Shown: piece after piece, positions 47,206 to 60,419 of the stretch
Layout: the number at the start of each line of letters is the position of its first letter
How positions within the stretch are numbered: the stretch's first letter is position 1
NCBI GenBank assembly: GCA_976551045.1
Contig: CDPCPM010000091.1
Coordinates: 11,408,001 to 11,472,000 of the forward strand
Direction of reading: 5' to 3'
Origin: Glaucostegus cemiculus
Lineage: Eukaryota
DNA: 64,000 bases
Made by a program: the position numbers and the translations under genes
Notes under the pieces: generated by a model
What the model saw: the letters and a program-made list of their open reading frames with translations, nothing else
Database searches by the model: none
What the model was told of the DNA's origin: nothing

Positions 47206-48079
47206 TCTAAATTGCTGGGACCGGCCAACTTTTAAGGTCTTACCATTTCTGTCAATGCTGAGTCTCAATGGTAAATGTGGAGAGCAGGAATTCAGAGGGG
47301 AAGGACATGGATTGCCCAAAGTCAAGATGGTGCAGCATAGAAGAAGGACTATCCACTGCTCTAACATCCCCGTATCCCACCAGTTACAGCACATCCTTGG
47401 CTCACAGTGGAATTTATCATAAAACAAAGCTACAGGAACTAAAACAATACTGCCCCAATTATTAAGGATCACGTATTAAATCAGGATAGTTATAACCCCA
47501 ATTCAACAATATGGTGTGTGTGTCAAATGGTTACAGTGAAAATTTAGGGGAGAAATGTTGTTCAGATTATGTATGCCCTTGTGTCTTCCCTCCTTCAACT
47601 TTATTTCATATCTGATTCAATATTGCATGAACTGGGAAAGAAAGTCAAGGTTGCTGCTGATGTAATGCAATAAATTCTTGAAAAGTCTGTGTCTGTGTTT
47701 GCAATAATGAGAGATACTATTTCAATAAAATAATGAACTCACACCTGTAACAGCAGCTAATGATGCTGTCATAATTATCAACATAATATTTCAATATTTA
47801 ACTTATTAGGATGTTCTGCAGCATGTAATTTCTTAGGTCAATAAAAATTGTTATTTTCGTGCCACGGTTAGGCTGTTGCCATTAGTGTAATGCTTATACT
47901 TGCTTAGAATGCAGGGAGACTCTTAAAATAGCAATTTATTCCAGGCTGCTGTTAGTCAACATTGGAATAGACAAAGGCAAGGAAACACTGTCAAATTCTC
48001 TTGGTACCAAATGTGGTAAAATCAAGAATACCTACTGAGTACCTTTATACTTCCTGTCCAGATTTGATTTTACTAAGGA

Positions 48080-48355
48080 AACACAAGAGACTGCAGATGC
48101 TGCAGTCTGGAGCAAAAAGACAACTGCTGGCGGAACCCTGCTGGTCAGGCAGCATCTGCAGAGGTCAAACTTTCAGGTTGAGGCACTGCATCAGGACACT
48201 GCCCTTAAACAGTGACACCATGCAGAACATGGGTAGAAGCACAAAGAAACCAGCCTTTAAAAGAAAGGTCTGATACAGGGTTTCAACATCAATCATCCCT
48301 CTGCCTCCACAGATGCTGTTTGACCCGCTGAGTTCCTCAGGCAGTTTGTTTTTTT
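48080..48355. mobile_element. Fold-back mini element of two inverted PLE termini, each with a hammerhead remnant
   Basis: Left arm 48080-48198 (-) and right arm 48267-48355 (+) around a ~70-bp spacer. Confidence 0.7.
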
Positions 48356-49579
48356 GAATTTAGCCATCTTGCACTGGTACTCTGTTAGATATTCTGCGCA
48401 GCTATGCAGTAGAAATAATTTACATTGATCCAGAGTATGTTTTATCCTGTTGAACTCAAGTCTAAGCTATTATACATTCTGGCTGCGTGTGCTTGTTATA
48501 AGAATAAAATCTGGGTGGTCTCAGTGGGAGGCATGCAGTCAACAAGTAGTATGTTGGGCTTTTCATTCCAAAGATTAAAGTTCGGGATAGGCCAGAGGTG
48601 CATATACAGGCAAATGTGAAATAAATATGAAACTGATACATCCATACACCTATGAGAAGGGAAACAGCCAACAATGGGAGGTTGGAGTGTAGTCTATCCA
48701 TAGTTGAAATGGATGGAAGTTCTAACTGGAGTAGAACATTAGTAGAAAATAAATTAACTTGGCAGTTACCTTTGAAATTCTCTTAATCCTTAGTAACAGT
48801 GCAATCTCTTTATCTCATTGTTCAAATCTCAAGTGCAGCTATTAGATGGCATTTGGGACAAAATGTCAGATTGATTTTTCTTTAAGCTAGAATTATTGGG
48901 CTAAGTCTTGACCATGCGCACATATATAAAGTGGGTGAAAGTGCATCAGCAGCCTATTTTCATACTCACAGCTTTTTATTTTGATTAAAGGTGAGATGTG
49001 AAACAAGTTCCTATTTCATTATCACACATTCTACCCCAATGCAAAATAGACAAAGCATGTTGCTGAATGGTGAAAGATTATGTGTTTCATTTGGAAAATT
49101 ATTAACATTAGAAAATAGCTGAGTTTTTTTCTTGTGTAGGATGTTGGGGGAATTGCTGTGCAAATACAGCATTGCATTTTATCCTTGCTATTGGCAAGAG
49201 AGTCCATAGAAATGAGTGAAATGCTGAGATTCTCAGTTCTGTGACTCCAAGGTCAACTTCCAGAATAGCCTTTCAGATAGCTTTAGGAAATCTTTAAATT
49301 TACAGGAGACCTATTTATCCATTTTCTAGGAGGTGGAATGAAAATAATTCTATTTTTCTGTTGTAAATGTGTTGTTTTGATTACATATTGTTAACTGGTC
49401 TTGTGGGGAAAACTGGTTAAGTATGCAAGGTAGAAATAGAAAGATGGCTAGATAGGAATAAGTGAAGTAGAACTGAAGGAAACCCAAACGGAGTATAAAC
49501 CCTGGCACACAAGGGAAAAAAACAAGCTGAGTTAATATCACAGATGGAGGACTGATAGAGACAGAGAAATCAAGTTGGC

Positions 49580-49882
49580 GTGTTTGCTCCTTTTTCTTTT
49601 TTCTGTCTCTCTGGAAGTGGAGAACATGCCCAGCTTGACCTGCTTTAACAGCTCCCACTCACTCATTGACCAGGCAACTTTGTTAACGGTTTATCTCCAT
49701 CGTCACCCTCGTTTTACCTGTCAGAGACACTCCCCTCCCCCACATTCCCCGCAGTTTAACGAGTTTCTATTAGCTCTTTCCTCGTTCTGACAAAGGATCT
49801 TCAACCTAAAACATTAACTTTGCTTCTCTTCCCACAGATGCAGCCTGACCTGCTGAGTATTTCCAGCATTTTCTGTTTTTAT
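49580..49882 (+). mobile_element. Penelope-like 3' region with hammerhead remnant (49784-49819)
   Basis: gttCTGACAAaggatcttcaacctAAAAcattaac then cagatgcagcctgacctgctgagtatttccagca. Confidence 0.65.
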
Positions 49883-50125
49883 GATAGAATTTTTGAAATA
49901 TAATACATATATGTATGGAAGGTTGAAGAGCATAAAAATGTTACTTGGGTATGAGCTGCACGGCGGTTGTGTAAGAGGTTGAAACTAAGCATAAATTTCA
50001 CGATTTTAAGTATATGTTTGTTAAAGTAAACGAACAATGTTAAAAACATGTTACTTTATATGTCTAGAAATTCATCTCGGTTTGTTGTACAGTGGCAGCA
50101 GTGCATGCACTCTGTATTTTACACA

Positions 50126-50373
50126 TTTATTAAATTTAAATTTTATTTATTTACAGCGTGGTAACAGGCCCAACGAGTCCGTGCCGCCCATTTCAAACCC
50201 CCTAATTAACCTACCCGTACGTCTTTTAGTATGTGGGAGGAAACCGGAGCACCCAGAGGAAACCCACACAGACACAGGGAGGACGTACAAACTCCTTACA
50301 GTCAGCGACGGGAATCGAACCCTGATCGCTGGCGCTGTAACAGCGTCGCGCTAACCGCTACGCTATCGTGCCG
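50126..50373 (-). mobile_element. Young V-SINE, family A
   Basis: Near-identical to 28839-29090 with a short deletion in the tail. Confidence 0.92.
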
Positions 50374-51134
50374 ACTTTGTCAATACCATCCAGAGGTGAA
50401 TTAATAGTGGTCACTGCCACGAGGGTTGACTGTTCTTACTGTTACAGTTTGAGAACATTCAGCATTTACTGTCATACCACCACTGCATAGAGCCGAAGAA
50501 ACTTCAGTGTAGTATCTAGAAACAATTTGGTTTAAAAATATGGGAGTATGCTGCTGAGAATGAAGTAGGTCTTCTGCTCTTACATCTGGCCTGGTCTGGG
50601 CTCCTTCCCAAATCTCAGGACTGGAGTTATTTTAATAACTCATCTGAGTTTAAATTCAATATTCATGGTAGTCCTTGGGCATCTGCTGCCCAAAAGTATC
50701 TTGTCATTCCATTGAAGTGAGCAAGTTGGTTGGGGTAAAACTGTCTCACGTAGAAAGTGCCTGTAAAGGCAGCACATATTGTGATGTTCTACTTCTTTAA
50801 TGGCAATAACTCTCCAAGATCATTTTGTGAAGATGAGACCCACTTGTACCCATTTTATCACAAGCAACTCATAGGCAGAACTGGCAGATTTTAGGGTATA
50901 CTCAACATCCCAACGAACGTGACATTTGAATGAAAAGAAGCAGTCAGAAGCGACTGATTTTGTTGAGATGAGGAAACTGGTGCCAACAGTTGTTGGCACA
51001 GTGTTGCATCAAGTAGAGCAGCTGCCTCATAGCTCTAGGGACCTGGATTCGACCCCAACCTTAGATGCTGTCAGTGTGGAGTTTGCACATTCTCCCTGTA
51101 TCCGCACGGATTTCCCTCCCACATCCCCAAGCCA

Positions 51135-52642
51135 TACAGAGACACAGGAGATTCTGCAGATGCTGGAATCTGGAGCAACACACACAAAGTACTGGAAGAA
51201 CTCAGCAGGTCAGGCAGCATCTATGGAGGGAAATGAACAGTCGACGTTTTGGGTTGAGACCCTTCACCAGGACTGGAAAGGAAGAGGGCAGAAGCCAGAA
51301 TAAGAAGGTCGAGGGAGGGGGAGGAGCACAGGCTGACAGGTGATAGGTGAGTCCAGGTGAGAGGGGGAAGGTAGGAGGGTGGAGAGAGGGGAGATGTAAG
51401 AAGCTGAGGTGATATGTAGAAGAGACTGAAGAAGAAGGAATCTGGAGGGAGAGGGTAGTGGACCATGGAATAAAAGGGAGGAGGTGGGGAATAGATAGGC
51501 ATATGAGGGTGGGGAGGGGAAAGAAAAGGGGTGAGGAGGCCACAGGAATGAGGGAAGGCAAAGGGGGGGTAGAAGGAGGGAGGGGAAAAAGGGGGGGAGG
51601 GAAGAGAAGAGGGGAGAGGTTACCAGAAATCGACATTGAGGCCATTGAGTTGGAGACTACCAAGGTGGAATATGGGGTGCTGTTCCTCCAACCTGCATCC
51701 TGGGGACTGCATGGTAGCATAGTGGTTAGCACAATGCTTTACAGCGCCAGCGACCCAGGTTCAAATCCGGCCACTTCCTGTAAGGAGTTTGTACGGTCTC
51801 CCTGTGTCTGTGTGGGTTTCCTCCGGGTGCTCCAGTTTCCTCCCACTTTCCAAAGACGTACAGGTTAGGAAGTTGTGGGCATGCTAATGTTGGTGCCGGA
51901 AGCGTGGCGACACTTGCGGGCTGCCCCCCCAAAATCAGTATGCAAAAGATGTAGTTCACTGTGTTTCGATGTAGATGTGACTAATAAAGATCTTATCTTA
52001 TCCGACAACGGGGCAGTAGAGGAGGCCATGAATAGACATATCAGTATGGGAGTGGGATGTGGAATTGAAGTGGTTGGCCACCAGGAGATCCTTGCTTTTG
52101 TGGTCGACAGAGCGAAGGTGCTCGACAAAGTGGTCACCCAATCGGGTCTCACCGATGTAGAGGAGGCCGCACCAGGAGCACAGGATGCATAGTCTCCAAC
52201 CCAACACCCTCAACATCGATTTCTATAACTTCTGGTAACCTCTCCCCTCTTCTTCACGCCCACTCCCTTTTTCCTTTCTCCTTCCTTCCTTCCCCCCCCC
52301 TTTGTCTTCCCTCTTCCCTGTGGCCCCCTCACCCTTTCACTTTCCCCTTTCCCCATCCTCATGACTTTCCTATCTATTCCCCACCATCCTTTATTCCATG
52401 GTCCACTGCCCTCTCCTACCGGATTCCTCCTTCTTCAGCCCTTTGCCTCTTCTACATATCACCACTCAGCTTTTTACATCTCCCCCCTCCACCACCCACC
52501 TACCTTCCCCCTCTCACCTGGACTTGCCTGTCACCTCCCGGCCTGTGCTCCACACTCTCCCCTGACCTTCTTGTTCCGGCTTCTGCCCTCTTCCTTTCAG
52601 TCCTGATGAAGGGTCTCGACCCAAATCGCTGACTGTTCATTA
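51135..52642 (-). mobile_element. Penelope-like element with inverted arm, GIY-YIG remnant and hammerhead motifs at 51238-51275 (-) and 52598-52635 (+)
   Basis: ORF 51998..52216 reads CSWCGLLYIGETRLGDHFVEHLRSV. 52190-52640 is the reverse complement of ~51232-51660. Confidence 0.88.
51702..52001 (+). mobile_element. V-SINE family B, full length
   Basis: A box tagcatagtgg, B box ggttcaaatcc, tail gtgactaataaagatcttatctta. Confidence 0.9.
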
Positions 52643-53054
52643 CCCAAAGACATTCGGGTTGGTAGGCTTATTGGCCACTGTAAATTGTCCCCAGGATGTA
52701 GATGAGCAGTAGAATCAAGGGGAAGAGTTAATGATAAAAAGGGAAGAATAAAATGGGACTAGTGCAAGATTAATGTAAAGTGGGTGCTTAACAGTTGGTG
52801 TGGACTCAGTGGACTGAAGGGCCTGTTTCCGTGCTGTATGACTCAAAGACTCTCCATGAGAAACAAAAATAATTTCAGTCCCATATTATCCTCCATTCTT
52901 TCCCTGCAAACAAAGAATTTCTAACTTTTGCATGCAATACAATGTTTGTTGTACATCCATTTGTACCTCAACATTTGCTCATGATATGTCATTTACAGGA
53001 ATACAGTTTGGAGATAAATTTGAAGGGACATAAACCAAAATAATTCATCTTTTT

Positions 53055-53172
53055 CAGGGTCTTAACCCAAAACATCAACTGTCCATTTCCCTCCATAGAT
53101 GCTACCTGACCCATTGAGTTCCTCCAGCAGATTGTTTGTTGTTCCAGATTCCAGCATCTGCAGTCTCCTGTA
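53055..53172 (+). mobile_element. Penelope-like terminus truncated inside the hammerhead
   Basis: agggtcttaacccAAAAcatcaactg followed by the terminal hairpin ending ccagcatctgcagtc. Confidence 0.72.
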
Positions 53173-54009
53173 TTATCATTCATCTTATTATCTACTTAAC
53201 CCATTTATATTCATCATTGTTATCCTTCTCTATCTATTCCATTCCACTAATTCCAGTCAAGGAACAGGAAACAAGAATAAGGAGGATATTGACCACTTGG
53301 ATGACACTTCAGTTATGAGCAGAAGATCATGGACTAAACTCTATTTCTATTACTTCCATGAACATAACAAGCTGGCACACAGAGACATGAATAGCTCATG
53401 TGATGTCATTTGCCATGCCTACCAGACCTGTGAGAACATTAAATTAGTTCTTAAGCAGGCTACACATCTACTTCCATGATAATTCAAAGATTTTGCACTA
53501 CCTGGACCACTGCTGGAGAGTCCATCTTCCTCCAAATGCATGCCATCTTTAACCTACTGTTCTTGATTGCCCTCCCAACCATCTTCCTGACATCCTCCCA
53601 CCGCTGCTACCCACTTCCTAACACAACCCCCATGATCATCTGCCATAATCCTTTCTCTGACCCTGATCCTCAGCAATTCTCTCTCTGAGCACCCCTGATC
53701 CTCCCAGTATGTAATCCTCTCCCTAACTCACTTCCTCCATTATCTTTCCTTCATGAGGTATATCGAGGTCAGGGAAGAAAGGCCTCTTCTACTGTCAAAA
53801 ATGTTTTGTACTTGTATACAACGGAACATCAGCACCTCTTCTTCAGTAACATTTCCCCTTTGTGGCCAAGCCAAAAGTTGTCAGGGGCCAAATTTGGGTG
53901 ACCTGACCTAAATAATTGGAACACAGATATTGTACTTGCTGGAAATGTGAAACAAAAAAAAACAAAAATGCAAGAAGCTATCAGCATATCAAGTAGAGAG
54001 AGAAATAGA

Positions 54010-54145
54010 GTGGAGACACAAGAGACAGCAGATGCTGGAATCTGGAGCAACAAACAAAACGCCAGAGGAACTCAGCAAGTCAGGCAACATCTGTGGAGAG
54101 AAATGGACAGTCGACACTTAGGGTCAAGACCCTTCATCTAGACTA
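54010..54145 (-). mobile_element. Penelope-like terminus with decayed hammerhead (54108-54144)
   Basis: Reverse complement agtc TAGATGA A GGGT-CTTG-ACCC TAAG TGTC GACTG. Confidence 0.72.
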
Positions 54146-54562
54146 ATAGAGTGATGTTTTGGGTGAAGAATCCTTGATCAGAAAGATCTCTGCTCACTGA
54201 CTCAGCACTGACCCAGGAATTTTTTGATATTCTTTCTCACCTAAAGGATTGCTGTCTCCTAATTTCCTATTAGGAAGTGCACATGAAGACCTGACATCAC
54301 ATTTAACTTACAGCAAAGGTGAATCCTATACTCCATGGTACAATGCAATGAAGCTCCAATCCTGTGTGCCCCAAAAGCACCCATTCTGCCTATTCTGAAC
54401 TCACAAATTTTACATTCTAAAAATATCTTCAGTTTGCAGTCATTAGTTAAGATGATTTGAAAGAACATTGATCTTTGGGATAAATACTATTTTTCATCTC
54501 TATGATTATATATTCAAATCTGAACTAAAGCTGCAGTTAGTTTTATTAATTTACTTGGTTTC

Positions 54563-54594
54563 ATATATATATATATTTATATATACAATATATG
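54563..54594. repeat. Imperfect (AT)n microsatellite
   Basis: atatatatatatatttatatatacaatatatg. Confidence 0.7.
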
Positions 54595-55847
54595 TAGATT
54601 TAAATATTACCTTTGATCCTTGAATGGTAATTTGGAACCTAAATATTTTCTATGCATTATAATGATTTCTGTATTAATTTCATATTCTGTTTTATGGTGA
54701 TAATAGCTTTCATGAATCAATTTCCTTGCTAGAGAAGCATACAGATGAGATGGTATTTTATTCTTTTAATCTAACTCTTCATTTGAATTTCAGCCTAAGA
54801 TATCTGTTGCTGCCATTATCTCTATACAAATGGTACAAGTAATCTTAACTCAGCTTCACCAATTTAATATTTAGATATCATTGCTTAGCAATTGGACTTC
54901 AAGCATTTTTGCTGTGCTAAATTAGAACTCACAAAAAAATATCAAAATTGGGACATCTGTGCTTTAAAAAGAATCAACTTCATGCTTTGCTTCTTCTGTG
55001 GCAACTGTGGAGCTGAGAAAGAATGGAACTGTGACAGAGTGGAGGGGAGATGGACGCGGGACAGGGCAAGGAGTGGAGAGCAGTGTTGAACACCCCCTTA
55101 ACAAATGGAGTCAGATGATCACACCCTGTAGCTCTTGCTGGCCCCAAACCCCCATGATTGACAACTGTTATCTCGTCCACACACTGATCTTTTCAGTGGG
55201 TTGTCAGCACTGATTTTTTAAATAAATATTATGGGAGAATTCTTTTTTTATATACAAAATCAGTGTCTTGGTGGAGAGAGGAATGGGGGCAATTTAATGC
55301 ACGCACAGTTCCCTACTTGCAGTGGCACTCTTTACAAAAGTCATAGACCATGACCTTATCAGCCAGTTTCTGTTGGTAAGTAAACACGGACTGACGGTGC
55401 TGTCCAGAGTGCAAAATACAATTTGGGAAATAAGACCTGAACTAAGACAAATTGTGACAGGAAGTGCCTGCTTAATTGCCATATTTGAGTAAATTAAGAG
55501 CATGACCATCAAATTGATGTTAAACGAAGAACTAACAAAAATTTGTTAAAGGTCACGTATCGTCATTTAACTGTAATTTCTGACCTGAAAGATAAATCCT
55601 GCTCAGATTGTAATAACTAATGTTAATGCTTGCCATCGTCAACCTAATCAAAATATTCAATAAGTGCAATTTGTAGGTTATTTATGTGTGTATCAAGAAA
55701 TTCCAAATAAATTTTTACTGTTTGAAGCAATGCAAATACACAAGATTAGTAAAGTTTTTAAAACAATTCACTTCTGGACTGCTGAGATGTTATTACCATA
55801 ACTAAATAGGGATAAAACAAAATGTCTCCCTCTTTCCTGTTTCTTCA

Positions 55848-56112
55848 GAACATAGAACATAGAAAAACTACAGCACAATTCAGGCCCTTCAGCCCACAAA
55901 GCTGTGCCGAACTTGTCCCTACAGTAGAAATTACTGGGCATTCCCATAGCCCTCTATTTTACTTAGCTCCATGTACCTATCTAACAGTCTCTTGAAAGAC
56001 CCTATCGTATCTGCCTCCACCACTGCTTCTGGCAGCCCATTCCATGCACTCACCACTCTCTGAGTAAAAAACTTACCCCTAACATCTCCCCTATATCTTC
56101 CCCCCACAAGCA
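55848..56112 (-). mobile_element. CR1 3' end
   Basis: ORF 55931..56113 reads [25 protein letters not shown]. Tail (AACATAG)n. Confidence 0.9.
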
Positions 56113-56119
56113 CTTAAAA

Positions 56120-56420
56120 ACTTTTACAACCCTTCTAAAGTGCCTTATACAAACATAATTCCTGTCATGATCCAAAGCATATCATAACCAGTGAAGTATT
56201 TTTTAAGTGCAGTCGCTGTGGTAATGTAGGAAACATTGAGCAAGGTTCCCACAGCCAGCAATGAAATGCTGGTAGTGAGGTAACTATTTCCTTATTTTTC
56301 CTTAAAGTTATGTCATTGAATTCTTTTAGGGGTATTTAAAATGGATCTAAAAGAAACATGCATTGTCTGCTCCACTCCACATACAGATTTTGTGTAAAAC
56401 TTAGAGTCTTCTAAATATGA
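56120..56420 (-). mobile_element. Old DeuSINE-like SINE
   Basis: gaagtattttttaagtgcagtcgctgtggtaatgtagg resembles 10400-10760. Confidence 0.5.
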
Positions 56421-56950
56421 TGAATCACAATGCCTGCAGCTTTAAACTATTGCAGGATGACCTCCTCCTTTTCATATCATTCAGATGAAACTGACCACAG
56501 GAATGTGCAGCTGGATCTAAGCGCCATGGATTAGTTAAGTGGCTCTGCTTAGCTGCTGCTGAAGCTTTCATCCAGATAAAAAATACAGACTTTAGCCTCA
56601 CTGAGAGAAAAAGGAAATGAGCTGAGAATGTGCTGGGCAAAATATTCTTGTGCTTTATATCCAAGGCACACTAAATGCCTGCGGGAAAAGAACAAATGGA
56701 CCTATCATGACTTGGCTCCATTCCCTTTTATTACTCTGGGAAGCCTACACATTGCCCGAGATGTGGCCAATGGCAGCTGGCAATCCCAATTGCTGAAGGC
56801 AGTGTATTTTGATCCTACTTCAATCAAAAAGAGAAAAGTAGCAGAAATAAGTCATCCTTTTTCTTTCAGGGACAGGCATCATCACCCAAGATCTCACTGC
56901 TGTTTTTGTATATGACCAGCAGATGCCAAATTTGTCTGCTGTTCTCACAG

Positions 56951-57234
56951 GCTGTGTGGAGTTTGCCTGTTCTCCCTGTGACTGCATTGGTTTCTCCCAG
57001 GTTCTCCAGTTTCCTCCTACTTTCTAAAATCCGCTGGTACATTAGTTGGCCTCAGTAAAATTGCCCCTCATGTTTAGATGAGTGGTAGAGTCTAGGGCAC
57101 AATTATTGAGGATGTGGTGGGAAATACATTGGTTAGGATAGGATTGGTGTTGTAATGGGTGCTTGATGATCAGCATGGACTAAATGGGCCAAGGGGGCCT
57201 GTTTCCACACTGCATCCCTCTGTGACTCTGTAAC
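56951..57234 (+). mobile_element. Old V-SINE lacking head
   Basis: tgtgtggagtttgcctgttctccctgtgactgc core with CR1-like tail gggccaagggggcctgtttcc. Confidence 0.8.
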
Positions 57235-57239
57235 TTACA

Positions 57240-57830
57240 CATAGCTGGCATAGTCTGGGTTTTGGAAAATACCATCTGTAGTATTGAGTCACGGACAGCT
57301 CCTTGTACTGAGACACCCGATGTTTTGGGCAGACCAGAGTGTGTCTTTTACTGATTTGACAGTCTTCTGCAGCTGATGGTGTTTGGCCAAGTGTTTGTCC
57401 ATAGGAACAGCACATAAAAATCTTGGGTCCACAGCATGAACTTTTAACAAGTACCATAGCATTCCTTTACAGACCTTCTATGTACACATACATTCGAGGA
57501 GATAGATTATGGTCTCATCCCCAGTGCACTGCCATGAGGGTAACATGTAGTAGAACTGAGACTCCACTTGCACATGAGGGTCCTGCCCACCACCAGTGAA
57601 ATTAGGTCATGGTACCTACTTGAAAGTTTTGGTGAACAGGCATTCTACCAAATGGCTTTGCCAGTTTATTTGGGGAATCATTGAACAAGCTCTACCATCT
57701 CTTCCCATGGCAATATGGTGGATCCATCCTACTGAGACAGAGAAAAGCGTGGCATGTAGTGATGCTCAGTGTTTGCTGACCTGGGGCCAATGTACAACTT
57801 GATGCAGCCACCCTCAAAGACAGCCATCAG
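57240..57830 (+). mobile_element. Possible highly decayed PIF/Harbinger transposase fossil
   Basis: Frameshifted motifs in the expected order: HIKILGP, FNKYHSIPLQ, PVHCHE (~PGSxHD), IIEQ. Confidence 0.4.
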
Positions 57831-58789
57831 GATAAGGGCCACATTGGATTCATTTAGTCCACCACTCCCACATCCTCTGGATATTTCTACATCGTATCTC
57901 TGTATGGCCATGGCTCCTCTGAACCATATTTCCAGCGTCTTCAAGTAAGTTGACCTGACAACAGAGGAAGCAAAGGATCAGTTAACAAAGAAGTCACCCT
58001 TGCTTCTGCTCTGACTTTCCCTGGCCCCCCCAGGACTGTTCAAATGTGTCTCAGATGCTCATCAGTCTGTGGAGCAACAATGGATCCCAGCAGAAGATGT
58101 CAATCTTCTTGGTGTACGCGGAAGTTTTATTATGTGTGCCTCACTACCTGGGATTATTGCCTCACTTTTACCCATATCCTTCCTGATGGGCTCAGCAAAA
58201 GGCTCAACATACAGCCAAACAGAAGGGGGAGAGCGTGAACATCAAAAGGAAAATTGCAGATGCTATAAGTCTGACACAAAAACAGGAAATGCTGGAAACA
58301 CTCAGCAGGCCAGGCAACCTCTGTGGAAAGTGAAGTGTTGGTTTCCGAGAGGTGGAGTGCATTGGTGCTCTTCTTCCCAACACTTTGTTACCTGTCTCAG
58401 CTCACCTTGCCTGACGTGTAACAGCAGTTTCACACATTTTCCAATGCCCTAATGTTTCTTTTTCTAATTCTCTTGGGTCCTCAGCAGAGGAGAAGTCACC
58501 ATTGTTTAATGGGGACTCACAAGATCTTTAACTTTCTGTGATTCCTTGAACATTGGCATTTCTAGATCTGCAAGCATTCCTCTTTCTCCCATATGTCATG
58601 TAGCCCTTCCCAATCTACAGGCCAAGTGCCATCTCCTCTGCGGTGTCTGCACTGGGCTTGGTGGCAGCTGTCAGCTGTTCACTTCATTCCTCCTCCATGT
58701 TATCCTGTTGCTCTGATATTCACCTCCTGCTTCTTCAAGTGAGCCTCTAATCTGTCTGAATGACCAAGCTGACCAGTGTTGACATTTCT

Positions 58790-59038
58790 TTTTAAATTTT
58801 TAAAATAAATTTTATTTACAGCGCGGTAACAGGCCCTTTCGGCCCTCTGAGTCCACACCGCCCATTTTAAACCCCCAAATTAACCTACCCGTACGTCTTT
58901 CAGAATGTGGGAGGAAACCGGAGCACCCGGAGGAAACCCACGCAGGCACGGGGAAGAACGAACAAACTCCTTACAGTCAGCGACGGGAATCGAACCCCGA
59001 TCGCTGGCGCTGTAACAGCGTCGCGCTAACCGCTACGC
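58790..59038 (-). mobile_element. Young V-SINE, family A
   Basis: Near-identical to the other family A copies, with the first ~10 nt missing. Confidence 0.92.
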
Positions 59039-59109
59039 TTCTAATGTTGGCTGATTGCCTCACTGGCTAGATTACAAAGCAGATGATGTTAAGGTCTTCC
59101 TGTTTTGTT

Positions 59110-60405
59110 ACTGTTTGCTAGTTCAAGACTGTCTATGTGTGTATTGCACAGCCGTGCACAACAACAACATCATTTGAAAGTAAGGCCCTAGAAAATGCGT
59201 ACCACTGCCCATATCTGGAGAGTCATCTCCCTGAAAAGGGAAGCAACAATAATGAAATTCACCATCTCCTCGGTGCACCAGAGCAACCTTTGAAGATCAA
59301 GACTGCAAGTTTGGCACAAAAGTGAATTCTGCCCTTTAAAGACTTGGACTACTTGCAGCAGGCATGTCAAGGCACTGGAGAGATACACGCAATGCTACCT
59401 CTGCAGAGTCCTCCAATCCACTGGAAGGATAAGCAAATCAACATCATGTCTCCTAGGCCAATGTTCTCAACACTGAGGTATTACACTCAGCTGGCTCCTT
59501 TGGGCAGGCAACATCACTCACGTGCCCGACACCAGATTCTGAAACTATCTCTCTCCTTCTGATCCACCCAGGTCCTCCCACACTCACCCTTTTTCCCAAC
59601 CCCCCTCCCCCACACAACCCTCATCACTCAGTTTCTCTTTCCTCCCCCACATGGTTCTATCTGCCTGTTCCCACACAATCAATGCAATGGGTTGCTACCC
59701 CTTCTTGGTACTATTCCCATCTTCCTACCATCCCTCCCTTATCCGGTTCCACTGATCCTTTCTGATTGGAATCTGCAGCCCTCTGTTGTCTTCACATCAC
59801 CTCCCAGCCTGTGGTTATCTCCACCCTTCCCCCACCCACCCACCCACCTGACTCCATCTGCCCGTCAATGCCTCCTCACCTGAATCCACATATCACTTGG
59901 CAGCTCCTGCCTCCCACCCCCTCTTTATAGTGACTATCACCCCTCTCTAATCTCAGGCCTAATACAGGATCTCAACCCAACTCTTTGACTATCCCTCTGC
60001 CTCCACCGATGCTGCTTGACTTGCTGGGTTCCCCCAGCAGCTTGTATTTTGCCTCTTAAACAGATCATCTATTCTGGGCTCTGTCGTGGGAAGAGGCTAC
60101 CACATGGACAGAGATTCAAGGATGTTTTCAAAGCCAACTAAAAAGTGCAACATCCCACTGGCTCCTCAAGATGCCGGGTCCACAGCTGCTCAGCATAAAG
60201 AAGGAATATTCAGAAGGCAATGAGTGTTTCGATCCATGCATTGGGACCACACAGAAGCCCAGTACGACATCACACAGACTATGCACCCACCTGCCCTTAG
60301 GGCAAATCCTGTCCCATCTCTGGAAGGGTCTGTACCTCCCATGTTGGGCTGAAAACCCATAGAATGGAATGGAAACAAGTCATCCTCGATCCTGAAGGGT
60401 AGTCT
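59110..60405 (+). mobile_element. Decayed RTE-clade LINE 3' part, split by a PLE fragment
   Basis: LENAYHCPYLESHL..NEIHHLL, TWTTCSRHVKALERY and IHWKD, resuming after 60055 with RFKDVFKA..KKCNI. Confidence 0.75.
59555..60055 (+). mobile_element. Penelope-like 3' fragment (C-rich UTR, hammerhead remnant 59954-59990)
   Basis: Reverse-complement similarity to 43960-44450. Ends gatgctgcttgacttgctgggttcccccagcag. Confidence 0.72.
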
Positions 60406-60419
60406 GGGTTGGAAAGAAA

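Larger units (their letters stand above)
50993..52850 (+). mobile_element. Old V-SINE split (50993-51130 and 52643-52850) by a Penelope insertion
   Basis: The V core breaks at ...ctcccacatccccaag and resumes cccaaagacattcgggttggtagg. Confidence 0.78.

Noticed and set aside
53500-53755. Pyrimidine-rich tract
   Set aside because: Low complexity with no clear unit, acceptor-exon pair or repeat identity.
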